From Polyangiaceae bacterium (lineage in GTDB: Bacteria; Myxococcota_A; Polyangia; Polyangiales; Polyangiaceae), in contig JBGANF010000004.1 of NCBI GenBank assembly GCA_044222475.1, positions 32,001 through 96,000 on the forward strand: a stretch of 64,000 nucleotides of DNA, written 5' to 3'. The stretch's first letter is position 1. Each line of letters begins with the position of its first letter. This document shows positions 50,278 to 59,205 of this stretch, piece after piece. The translations under genes and the position numbers were made by a program. The notes under the pieces are model-generated. The model was given only the letters and a program-made list of their open reading frames with translations. It did not search any database and was not told where the DNA came from.

Positions 50278-52194
50278 GTGACGGAGGAAGGCATGGCCGA
50301 TGGCGGGGGCGTCGTCGCTCTCGCGCGCGCGATGTCGCAGCCCGTCGTCCTCGTCCGCGGCGGAACGATCTCGTTCGCGAACGACGCCTTCGCTGCCGCG
50401 TTCAGCCTGCCGGCCGACTTCGTCGTCGGACGTCCTTTCGGAGCTCTCGTCGCCGACGAGGACCGCGCCCGAGTCGAGAGTCACCTCGTCCACGGCGCTG
50501 GCGGGCCACTCCGCACCGCGGTCGTGAGCGCCGAAGCGGAGCGCATCCCGGTTCTCGTGTCGTGCAACGCGCTCGCGAACCGGACGAGCCTCGTCACCAT
50601 CGCCATCGACGAACAGGCGCGGCGAGACGTCGTCCTTTCACGCGAGCTCCTCCGTCTGTCGGCGAGCCTCTTCGTCGCCCGATCCGCCGACGAGATCCGC
50701 GAGCTGACGATCGGCGCGCTCGCCCGAGCCGGCTTCCGCGCGAGCTTCGCCGACGAGCCTCCGAGCGACAACACCCGACATACGCTGGCGACCGACGAGC
50801 TCGCCTTCAGCGCCGACGATCGCACGACGGTGCTGCTCCCCGTCGACGAAACCGGCAACGCGCTCGTGGTGACCGCCAACGAGGCCATCACGACGCATCA
50901 GAGCTACACGTTCACGCTGTTCTCCCGCGTCCTCCGATCGGCGTTGAACGACGTCCGCGCGGCCGAGCTCGCCCGGCGTGAGCTGGAGGACGCTCAGGGC
51001 CTCATCGAGCTCGCTCGCACCACGTCGAGCACGCTCGAGCTCGAGGCGGTCATGAGCCTCACGTGCGATGCGATGGTGCGCTTCCTCGACATGAGCAACT
51101 GCTTCTTGCTGCTGGTGGACGAGCAAGCACGCACGCTGGTCGGTGCCGCTTCGTCGATCGAGCATCGAGAGCGGTCCCTCGCGATCCGGGTCGCCATCGA
51201 CGACCCCGTCAGCCTCGCGGCGCGGTGCGCGCGAGAGCTCGTGCCGATCGTCATCGAGAACGCGGAGACGGACCCGAGAGCCAGCCGATCGGTCTTCGTC
51301 CGCGAGTTCAAGGAGAAGGCCCTCGTCGTGGTGCCGATGGTGACGCGGGGCCACCTCATCGGGGTCACCATCCTCGACGACGTGCGGGCCGCCCGTGAGT
51401 TCCCGCCGAGCTGGCTCGCCCGCGCCGAGGCTGCGGTCGCACAGGTCGGCTTGGCGATCGCGAACGCGAAGCTCTACGAGTCGCTGCGCACGAGCTACGC
51501 CGAGCTCGCCCACACGCGCGCAGCGATGGTCAAACGCGAGCGGCTCGCCGCTCTCGGCGAGCTGTCGGCCATCGTCGCTCACGAAGTCCGCAATCCGCTT
51601 GGCGTGATCTACAACGCCGTGAGCTCGCTCCGGAAGCTGGTCGGATCCAGCGCGGACGCCACCGTCCTCGTCGACATCGTCGAGGAGGAGTGCCGACGCC
51701 TCAACCAGATCGTCGGCGACCTCATCGACTTCGCGCGACCCCGTCAGCTCTCGATGCAGCCGGAGTCGCTCTCGCGCGTGATCCAGGAGGCCCTCGACCA
51801 AGCTGCCGCGCAGCCGGACGCGGCGTCGGTACGCTTCGTCGTCGACCTGGACGATTCACTCCCCTTGATCGCCATGGATCGGCGTCTGCTCCGTCAGGCC
51901 CTGACGAACATCGCGCTGAACGGCGTGCAGTCGATGCCCCGAGGAGGGACGCTCCGCGTGAAAGCTCGCGTGGGAGAGGGCGCCGCCGTCGTCGACGTGG
52001 CCGACAACGGCATCGGCATCGCGGAGGACGTCCTCCCGCGCATCTTCGAGCCGTTCTTCACGACGAAGGCAAAGGGCTCGGGGCTCGGGCTCGCGGTGGT
52101 CAAGCGCATCGTCGAAGATCACGGCGGGCTGATCAGCGTTCGCTCGGTCCTGGGCGAAGGCACGGCTTTCTGCGTGCGACTCCCGATTCCTTGA
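50278..52194 (+). CDS. Cytoplasmic PAS/GAF sensor histidine kinase
   Basis: PAS-like N-terminus, GAF, VAHEVRNPL, NIALNGVQSM, DNGIGI, FEPFFTTK, GSGLGL. Confidence 0.93.
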   Translation: MTEEGMADGGGVVALARAMSQPVVLVRGGTISFANDAFAAAFSLPADFVVGRPFGALVADEDRARVESHLVHGAGGPLRTAVVSAEAERIPVLVSCNALANRTSLVTIAIDEQARRDVVLSRELLRLSASLFVARSADEIRELTIGALARAGFRASFADEPPSDNTRHTLATDELAFSADDRTTVLLPVDETGNALVVTANEAITTHQSYTFTLFSRVLRSALNDVRAAELARRELEDAQGLIELARTTSSTLELEAVMSLTCDAMVRFLDMSNCFLLLVDEQARTLVGAASSIEHRERSLAIRVAIDDPVSLAARCARELVPIVIENAETDPRASRSVFVREFKEKALVVVPMVTRGHLIGVTILDDVRAAREFPPSWLARAEAAVAQVGLAIANAKLYESLRTSYAELAHTRAAMVKRERLAALGELSAIVAHEVRNPLGVIYNAVSSLRKLVGSSADATVLVDIVEEECRRLNQIVGDLIDFARPRQLSMQPESLSRVIQEALDQAAAQPDAASVRFVVDLDDSLPLIAMDRRLLRQALTNIALNGVQSMPRGGTLRVKARVGEGAAVVDVADNGIGIAEDVLPRIFEPFFTTKAKGSGLGLAVVKRIVEDHGGLISVRSVLGEGTAFCVRLPIP

Positions 52195-52228
52195 CGTCCC
52201 TGCTAAGGTGCTTCGCTCGCGACCCATC

Positions 52229-54160
52229 ATGACCAAGCCGAAGTCGAGCGCACTGTCCTTCCTGACTCCGGGGAAGGCGTTCGCGGCGAAGGAGAAGCCG
52301 CCGCCCGAGCCGGCGTTCTACCGACGGCGACGGCGACGCGCGAACGAGCTCTGTCAGATCCTGCTCCGCAACGGCGACGTCACGGCCGACGCCGTTCGCG
52401 CCGGCCTCCGAAGACAAGAGGAGCAAGGCGGGCAGATCGGCCAGATCCTCGTTCGGATGGGGGCGACGTCCAACCAGGCCCTCGCCCGTGCGCTGCTCGA
52501 GCAGTTCCGCACCGCGCGCACCGAGGCGACGAGAAAACCCTCGCTCGACGCGCGCGAAGGGCCCGTCGCCGGTCTCAAGGTCGAGTGCAGCCCGCTGCGC
52601 ACGGTCTCGTGCCTCGTCCTCGCGGACCTCTTCTCGCTCGGTCTGTCCGCGTCGCTCGGCTTGGCTCTCGTCTACCTCAACACCAACCAGGTGTTTCTCC
52701 AGGACGTGGTGCGCGTCGTCCCGGTCGTCGTGCTGACGATGATGGCGTTCGCCGCGCTCCGCCTCTACTCGTCGCAACCGCACGCACCGTCGGAGAAGCT
52801 CCGCAACACGACGCTCTCGATCTCGCTCGTCGTCGCCGGAGTCGGCGCGATGGCGATCATCGGGAAGCGCGCGACCCACGTGTGGACCCCGTGGTCGCTT
52901 CTCTTGGTGTGGGCGTTCGCGATCTTCGTCGTACCGATCGTGCGCGCGCGGGTACGAGCCCAGTTTGCCCGCCGGCCGTGGTGGGGTCACCCCGTCGTCG
53001 TCCTCGGCGCGGGCAAGACCGGACGACTGCTCGTTCGCACCCTCCGTCGCCACCCCGAGTTCGGCTTGAAGCCCGTCTGTCTCCTCGACGACGACCCCCG
53101 CAAGCAGGGCACGCTGCGCGCCACGTTCGACGAGGACGTGGAAGATCTCAAGCTGCAGTCCCTGCCCAAGGTGCCACTGGCCACCTCCGAGATCGACGAC
53201 GTCGATCTCGACGGACCTCCGCCGGCCGCCGAATCGCCGGCCGAGGACGAGCTCCCTGGGGTCGTGCTTCCGAAGGCACGCGGCATGTTCTCCGAGGTCG
53301 AAGGCGTGCCGATCCTCGGCGCGCTCGACCTCGCGCCCCTGCTCGCGCGCCGGTTGAACATCCCCTACGCGATCGTCGCGATGCCGGGCGTGAGCTCGCG
53401 CAAGCTCTTGCACCTCACCGAGCGCGTCGGAGGTCTCTTCTCCCACATCCTCGTCATCCCGGACCTCTTCGGATTCGCGAGCCTCGGCGTCCCCGCGAAG
53501 GACATCGGCGGCGTCCTCGGGATCGAGGTCCGACAAGAGCTGCTGCTCCCCTGGCCACGGTTCTTGAAGCGCTTGATGGACGTGTCGCTCACGGTGCTCG
53601 GCGTCCTCGCGATCTCGCCGATCCTGATCACGCTCGCGATCCTCATCAAGCTCGACTCGCGCGGCCCCGTCGTCTACTGGCAGGAGCGCCTCGGGCGCGA
53701 CGGCTCACGCTTTCGCGCCGCGAAGTTCCGCACGATGTACGGAGACGGCGAGCAGCGCCTCAAGGCCGTCCTCGAGAGCGACCCCAAGCTGAAGGCGGAG
53801 TACGAGGAGTTTCACAAGCTCTCCTTCGACCCTCGCGTCACCCGCATCGGACGCGTGCTCCGCAAGTACAGCCTCGACGAGCTGCCCCAGCTCTGGAACG
53901 TGTTGCGAGGCGAGATGAGCCTGGTGGGCCCTCGGCCGTACCTCGAGCGCGAGGTCCCGGAGATGCATCAGCAGGAGACGATCATCCTGCGCGCGATGCC
54001 CGGCATGACCGGCCTCTGGCAGGTCGGCGACCGAAACGCGACCGGCTTCGCCGAGCGCCTCCGGACCGACGTGCACTACGTCCGAAACTGGTCGCCGTGG
54101 CTCGACGTCTACATCATCGCGCGCACGTTCGGGGTCGTGATTGCGGGGACGGGTTCGTGA
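52229..54160 (+). CDS. epsZ: Undecaprenyl-phosphate priming glycosyltransferase (WbaP/EpsZ-like) with N-terminal MshEN-like motif
   Basis: Four N-terminal TMs, [75 protein letters not shown]. Confidence 0.92.
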   Translation: MTKPKSSALSFLTPGKAFAAKEKPPPEPAFYRRRRRRANELCQILLRNGDVTADAVRAGLRRQEEQGGQIGQILVRMGATSNQALARALLEQFRTARTEATRKPSLDAREGPVAGLKVECSPLRTVSCLVLADLFSLGLSASLGLALVYLNTNQVFLQDVVRVVPVVVLTMMAFAALRLYSSQPHAPSEKLRNTTLSISLVVAGVGAMAIIGKRATHVWTPWSLLLVWAFAIFVVPIVRARVRAQFARRPWWGHPVVVLGAGKTGRLLVRTLRRHPEFGLKPVCLLDDDPRKQGTLRATFDEDVEDLKLQSLPKVPLATSEIDDVDLDGPPPAAESPAEDELPGVVLPKARGMFSEVEGVPILGALDLAPLLARRLNIPYAIVAMPGVSSRKLLHLTERVGGLFSHILVIPDLFGFASLGVPAKDIGGVLGIEVRQELLLPWPRFLKRLMDVSLTVLGVLAISPILITLAILIKLDSRGPVVYWQERLGRDGSRFRAAKFRTMYGDGEQRLKAVLESDPKLKAEYEEFHKLSFDPRVTRIGRVLRKYSLDELPQLWNVLRGEMSLVGPRPYLEREVPEMHQQETIILRAMPGMTGLWQVGDRNATGFAERLRTDVHYVRNWSPWLDVYIIARTFGVVIAGTGS

Positions 54161-54190
54161 CCACCCGAAGTTGAGGTAGGCTGCGGCGCG

Positions 54191-54793
54191 ATGCGTGCTC
54201 GAACGGCAATCCTCGGCTTCCTCCTCGTCGTGCTCGTCGGCTGCGCGCCTTCCGGGGCCTGGGTATGGGTCAAAGACGCGCCCGCGACCCCCACGCAGGA
54301 GGGCGAAGGCTATCGAATGACGACCGGCGACACGGTCAGCGTCCGGGTCTTCGGTCAAGACAACCTCTCGACCAGGGCGCGCATTCGCCCGGACGGGATG
54401 ATCGCGGTCCCGATCGTCGGTGACGTGCTCTTCCGCAACCGCCGTCCCGGTGACGTCGCGGCCGAGCTCGAAGCACAGCTCAAGGCCTACGTGGTCACCC
54501 CTCACGTCACGATCACGATCGAGGAGTCGCAGCCGTTCACCGTCACGGTCGTCGGAGAGGTCGCGCACCCGGCCACGGTGGTCGTGAACCCCAACAGCGG
54601 CGTGCTCCAAGCGCTCGCCGCAGCCGGCGGGTTCACCGACTACGCCGATCGCGATCGCATCTTCGTCGTTCGCAAACAGGACGGCGGAAAAGCCCCGTTG
54701 CGGGTTCGCTTCTCGTACTCGGACCTCGCCCAAGCCGAGCCCCATGCCGTGGGCTTCGTCCTCTCGCCGGGCGACGTCGTCGTCGTCGACTGA
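54191..54793 (+). CDS. epsY: Short OPX polysaccharide export lipoprotein (EpsY/WzaX-like)
   Basis: Lipobox LVGC; YRMTTGDTVSVRVF, IRPDGMIAVP, GEVAHP, AAAGGFT; lacks the C-terminal Wza helix. Confidence 0.88.
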   Translation: MRARTAILGFLLVVLVGCAPSGAWVWVKDAPATPTQEGEGYRMTTGDTVSVRVFGQDNLSTRARIRPDGMIAVPIVGDVLFRNRRPGDVAAELEAQLKAYVVTPHVTITIEESQPFTVTVVGEVAHPATVVVNPNSGVLQALAAAGGFTDYADRDRIFVVRKQDGGKAPLRVRFSYSDLAQAEPHAVGFVLSPGDVVVVD

Positions 54794-54794
54794 C

Positions 54795-55964
54795 GTGCTC
54801 CCACTCCTCGCCACCCCGCTCGTCGGAGTCGTCGAAGTCGGCGAACGAACGGAGACGCGCGTCCGCGGGTCGAGCCTCGGAGTTCAGACCGACGCCGAGG
54901 CAGGCTTCCGCTTTCGACTCGGCCTGCACGGGCGCCGCGTGGAGCTCGCACTGTCCGTCGCGCCGCGCGTCACCGCGTTCTCCTGGGCCGACTCCCAGCG
55001 CGCGGTGCTCGCGAGCACGCCGGGGCAGATCGCGATCGGGTACCGCGAGCGTCACTACGGGATCTTCCTCTCCGGCGACGGCAGCTATGGGCTCGAGAAC
55101 TACGCGACGCTTCGCTACCCGACCGCCGCCGTTCTCCCTGGAGCGCCGCCCGGCCAACCGGTGCCGCCGCAGACGCTCCCTACCCTGCCCGGCGCGGACA
55201 CCATCGCCTACGTCGGCGCGCGCGGCGCGCTCTCCGCGTACCAAGTGCCCACCGCGCGCTGGGTCGTGACCGAAGCCGCTGCGTTCGAGGCCAGCGGCGG
55301 CGCGACGACGACGTCGCGCGGGTTCGTCCCATTTCAGTACGGGCCGCGGCTCGCGCTGTCGCTCGATCATCGCGTGACCCGACAGGATCACCTCGGCGCA
55401 TCGGCCGATGCGCAGGTGTCTCGCTTCTCGACCGGGGCGGACGTCGGGCTCGCGACGGTCGTCGTGCGCTATGCGCGCGACGTCGCCCGGGGGACGACCC
55501 TCTCGATCGGCGGCGGAGCCAGCGGCGCCGCGTTCCGCACCGAGCCGAACCCCTTTCGCTTGGTCCCGTTCGGCGTGGGCGAGATCTCGGTCGCGCACCA
55601 TCGAGGGTTCCTCGGACATCGCCTCGATCTCGACGGCGCCGTCCGGTTCGCGCCCACCGTCGACCGCATCGCCGCCGTCGTCGACCCGCGCATCAGCGCC
55701 GCCATCAACGCCATCTACACGACCCGCGCCGTGATCGTGCGCGTCTCCGCGAGCTTCGCCCAGTCCGTCCTCGCCGACTCGACCGCCCGAATCACCGCGT
55801 TCGGCACCGAGGCGACGGTCCGCGTGCCGATCACCCGAGCCGTCGGCCTGGAGGGCGGCCCGCGGCTCGCGATCCAGTCGTTTCAGGGCGCGATCTTCAA
55901 TAGCTTCGCGTTCTTCTTGGCGCTGGATCTACACCCCGACATGCTACATTTTCGCACACCATGA
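54795..55964 (+). CDS. Putative outer-membrane beta-barrel (EpsX/WzpX-like)
   Basis: Alternating beta-strand pattern; lies between the short OPX and the co-polymerase, as in the Myxococcus eps locus. Confidence 0.65.
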   Translation: MLPLLATPLVGVVEVGERTETRVRGSSLGVQTDAEAGFRFRLGLHGRRVELALSVAPRVTAFSWADSQRAVLASTPGQIAIGYRERHYGIFLSGDGSYGLENYATLRYPTAAVLPGAPPGQPVPPQTLPTLPGADTIAYVGARGALSAYQVPTARWVVTEAAAFEASGGATTTSRGFVPFQYGPRLALSLDHRVTRQDHLGASADAQVSRFSTGADVGLATVVVRYARDVARGTTLSIGGGASGAAFRTEPNPFRLVPFGVGEISVAHHRGFLGHRLDLDGAVRFAPTVDRIAAVVDPRISAAINAIYTTRAVIVRVSASFAQSVLADSTARITAFGTEATVRVPITRAVGLEGGPRLAIQSFQGAIFNSFAFFLALDLHPDMLHFRTP

Positions 55965-57451
55965 CCTCTGACGACCCGGAGGAGCACGACGAGGAAGAAG
56001 GTACGAGCCCACTCGAGTGGGCTCGCTTCGCCGGTCGTGCCGCCAAACGGCGCCAGCGCCTGTCGCTCGGCATCGGGCTGGTGGGGGTGGTCCTCACCAT
56101 CGCCTCCGTGGTGCTCTGGCCGCGCAGCTTCACGACGGACACGAAGATCACGGTCGAGCGCAACGTGGTGATGCCGGCCATCGCCGACCCGCACCGCTCG
56201 ATCCCGGTCGACTACGACGCCCCCACCAAGGGCGCCCAAGACACCATCTTCGCGCGCGAAAACCTCGAGAAGCTCGTCCGCGAGACCAACCTGGTGGCGC
56301 GCTGGCAGGAGAATCGGCCGCCGATCCTCCGCGCGAAGGACGCCGTGATGGGCATCGTCCGCGCGCCCATGTCCGATGGGGATCGCGAGCGAGCGCTCGT
56401 CGCGATCCTCGAGAAGCAGCTCCACGTGACCGTCGAGCCGAACTCCGTCGCCATCAGCGTCGACTGGTCCGACGCGCAGACCGCATACGACATCGCGTCG
56501 GCCGTCGAGAAGAGCTTCCTCGACTCGCGCCGCGCGGTCGAGGTGAACGTCATCTCCGAGGCGATCGGGATCCTGGAGCAGCACGCCAACGACGAGCGCG
56601 ACAACGTCGCGAACGCCCTCGCCGAGATGCAGCGCCTCAACGATCTCCACGCCGCCGCTGCGCCGCCGCCCGGCACGAACGGAGCGCCACCGCGAGCTGT
56701 CGTCCCCGTTCCCGCCGGCACCGTTCGCGTCACGCCGCCGGCCGCAGCGAGCGGAAACGACGACCTCCTTCGTCAGCTCGAGGCGAAGCGAAAGGCCATC
56801 AAGGACATCGAAGACGGGAGAGCTCGCAAGCTCAGCGAGCTCAACGCGCAGCTCGCGGATCTCCGCGCGACGTTGGCCCCCGCCCACCCGCAGGTCATCG
56901 AGCTCGAGCGCAAGCTCGACGCCGCGCGCGAAGAGCCGCAAGAGCTCGTCACGCTGCGCAACGAAGAGCGCGACCTCCTCAGCAAGATCGCCGCCGCGAA
57001 CGAGGTCCGCGGCACCGTCCCGCCAGCACCGACCGTGACCGCGCCGCCAATCGCGACCGCGCCAGCCGTCGTCGCCCCGGTCGAGCCCCAGCCCGGCAAG
57101 CAGGTCCCCGACGCCGACGATCTCCTCCTCGACGTGCAGCGGCAGAAGCTCCAAGCCGCGAACGTGAAGTACCGCGACCTCATGGACCGCATCGACTCGG
57201 CCCGCATCGAGCTCGAGACGGCCCGCGCAGCGTTCAAGTACCGGTACACCGTCGTGCTCGCACCGGAGGTTCCGAAGGCGCCGAAGAAGCCGAACGTCCC
57301 GCTCGTCCTCGCGATCGGGCTGCTCGCTTCGCTCCTCTTGGCGTTCGCCATCCCGCTCGGGGCCGACCTCGCGACCGGCCGCGTCGTCGAGGCGTGGCAA
57401 GCCGAGAAGAAGCTCAAGCTGCCTGTCCTCGGTGAGGTCACGCGGGTATGA
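55961..57451 (+). CDS. epsV: Polysaccharide co-polymerase (Wzc/EpsV-like, no kinase domain)
   Basis: Two TMs flanking a coiled coil with APAHPQV; AFKYRYTVVLAPEVP; LKLPVLGEV. Confidence 0.85.
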   Translation: MTSDDPEEHDEEEGTSPLEWARFAGRAAKRRQRLSLGIGLVGVVLTIASVVLWPRSFTTDTKITVERNVVMPAIADPHRSIPVDYDAPTKGAQDTIFARENLEKLVRETNLVARWQENRPPILRAKDAVMGIVRAPMSDGDRERALVAILEKQLHVTVEPNSVAISVDWSDAQTAYDIASAVEKSFLDSRRAVEVNVISEAIGILEQHANDERDNVANALAEMQRLNDLHAAAAPPPGTNGAPPRAVVPVPAGTVRVTPPAAASGNDDLLRQLEAKRKAIKDIEDGRARKLSELNAQLADLRATLAPAHPQVIELERKLDAAREEPQELVTLRNEERDLLSKIAAANEVRGTVPPAPTVTAPPIATAPAVVAPVEPQPGKQVPDADDLLLDVQRQKLQAANVKYRDLMDRIDSARIELETARAAFKYRYTVVLAPEVPKAPKKPNVPLVLAIGLLASLLLAFAIPLGADLATGRVVEAWQAEKKLKLPVLGEVTRV

Positions 57452-58629
57452 GAGCGGCCGGGATCGCGTCGATCCTCCTGTCGCTCCCGATCGCGCTCCC
57501 GAGCGCCTACCTCGGCGCGCTGACGCTCTTCGCCAAGGCCCACCCCACGCCGGATCCGCGGCCGACCCCGACGACGCGCTTCCGCTTCGTGGTCCCCGCC
57601 CACGACGAAGAGCAAGGGATCACCGCGACGGTCGAGAGCTTGCTCGCCGTCGACTACCCGCGCGACCTCTTCGAGGTCGTCGTCGTCGCCGACAACTGCA
57701 GCGACGCCACCGCCGATCGAGCGAGGTCCGCAGGGGCGCGCGTCATCGAGCGGCAGGATCGTACCAAAAAGGGAAAGGGCTACGCCCTCGAGCGCGCCTT
57801 CGACGTGCTGCTCGACGAAGGCGGGGTCGACGCGGTGGTCGTCGTCGACGCCGACACGTCGGTCTCGCCGAACCTCCTCCGCGCGTTCGACCTCCGCGTC
57901 GCGACCGGAGAGGTCGCGATGCAGGCGGAGTACGGCGTGCGCAACGCGGAGGCGTCGTGGCGAACCCGACTCATGACCGTCGCGTTCTCGATCTTCCACG
58001 GGTTGCGGGGCAACGCGCGCGAGCGGCTGGGGCTCTCGGCCGGCCTCCGCGGAAACGGCATGGCGTTCACCACGCGCGCTCTCCGTGACGTGCCGCACCA
58101 GGCGTACTCCCTCGTCGAGGACGTCGAGTACGGGATCCGCCTCGGCCGCGCCGGCCACCGGGTGGCGCACGTCCACGAGGCGCGCGTCTTCGGCGACATG
58201 GTCGCCGGTGAGCAGGCGTCGCGCTCGCAGCGCAAGCGATGGGAGGACGGTCGCAAAAAGCTCCGCGAGGAGCACGCGCTGCCGCTCCTCCGCGAGGCCA
58301 TCGAGAAGCGCAGCCTGCTGCTCTTCGATCTCGCGGCCGATCTGTTGGTGCCGCCGCTGTCGACGCTCGCGGTGGGCGCGGCGGCGGGGCTCGCCGCGTC
58401 GTCGGCGTACTTCGTCCTGCGGCCGAGCCGAGGGCTCGTCGTCGTGATGCCGTGGGCGCTCTCGGCAGCGGCGCTCGCGGCGTACGTCGGGCGCGGGACT
58501 CTCCTCGGACCGGCGGGCGCGCGCGGGCTCCTCGACCTCGCGTACGCGCCGGCGTACGTCGCGTGGAAGGCCCTGTTTCGCAGCCAAGCGACGGCCGACG
58601 AGTGGGTCAGGACCGAGCGGGGCAAATGA
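57448..58629 (+). CDS. Glycosyltransferase family 2 (EpsU-like)
   Basis: VPAHDEE, VADNCSDAT, GKGYAL, DAD, ED, QRKRW. Confidence 0.92.
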   Translation: MRAAGIASILLSLPIALPSAYLGALTLFAKAHPTPDPRPTPTTRFRFVVPAHDEEQGITATVESLLAVDYPRDLFEVVVVADNCSDATADRARSAGARVIERQDRTKKGKGYALERAFDVLLDEGGVDAVVVVDADTSVSPNLLRAFDLRVATGEVAMQAEYGVRNAEASWRTRLMTVAFSIFHGLRGNARERLGLSAGLRGNGMAFTTRALRDVPHQAYSLVEDVEYGIRLGRAGHRVAHVHEARVFGDMVAGEQASRSQRKRWEDGRKKLREEHALPLLREAIEKRSLLLFDLAADLLVPPLSTLAVGAAAGLAASSAYFVLRPSRGLVVVMPWALSAAALAAYVGRGTLLGPAGARGLLDLAYAPAYVAWKALFRSQATADEWVRTERGK

Positions 58630-58653
58630 CCGTGCTATGAATGGCGGCGATCC

Positions 58654-59205
58654 ATGTCCACGAGCACGCCCCCTCCGCCCGGAGCACAGCAGGCCAAGAC
58701 GCCCAGCTTGGCGCCCAAGGCCTCGTGGCGCCCGAGCTCGCGCCCGAACGGACCGTCGAGCCAGATCGACTGGCAGCGCCTCTGGATCCAGCTTCAAAAG
58801 CGGACGTGGCAGACGCTCGGGATCCTCGGCGCGAGCGCGGGCATGAAGAGCTCACCGATGGAGGTCGCCAGCATCCTCGCCGACGTGGGCTGGCAGCACC
58901 TCGGCCAACCGATCCAGACGCTCGACCTTCGCGAGACGCCGCTCAACCTCGTGGAGACGCGGCTCGGGGAGCTTCGGAAGGCCAAGGATCGCGGCGAACG
59001 GGTGTTCGTCGTCCTTTCGCCGACGGTGGACAACCCCTCGACCGTCGCCATCGCCCCTCAGGTCGACGCACTCGTTCTCTGCCTCGTCCTCGGCATCACT
59101 CCGTTGAAGGACGCGCAGAAGACGGTCGAAGAGCTCGGTCACGATCGCTTCCTCGGTAGCGTCGTGCTCAAGAACGCCGTTCGACCGAAGACGAAGAAGA
59201 AATGA
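58654..59205 (+). CDS. Stand-alone BY-kinase-like protein (WzeX-like pseudokinase)
   Basis: WQRLW...WQTLGI; VDALVLCLVLG...FLGSVVL resembles the BY-kinase C-terminus; no intact Walker A. Confidence 0.7.
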   Translation: MSTSTPPPPGAQQAKTPSLAPKASWRPSSRPNGPSSQIDWQRLWIQLQKRTWQTLGILGASAGMKSSPMEVASILADVGWQHLGQPIQTLDLRETPLNLVETRLGELRKAKDRGERVFVVLSPTVDNPSTVAIAPQVDALVLCLVLGITPLKDAQKTVEELGHDRFLGSVVLKNAVRPKTKKK

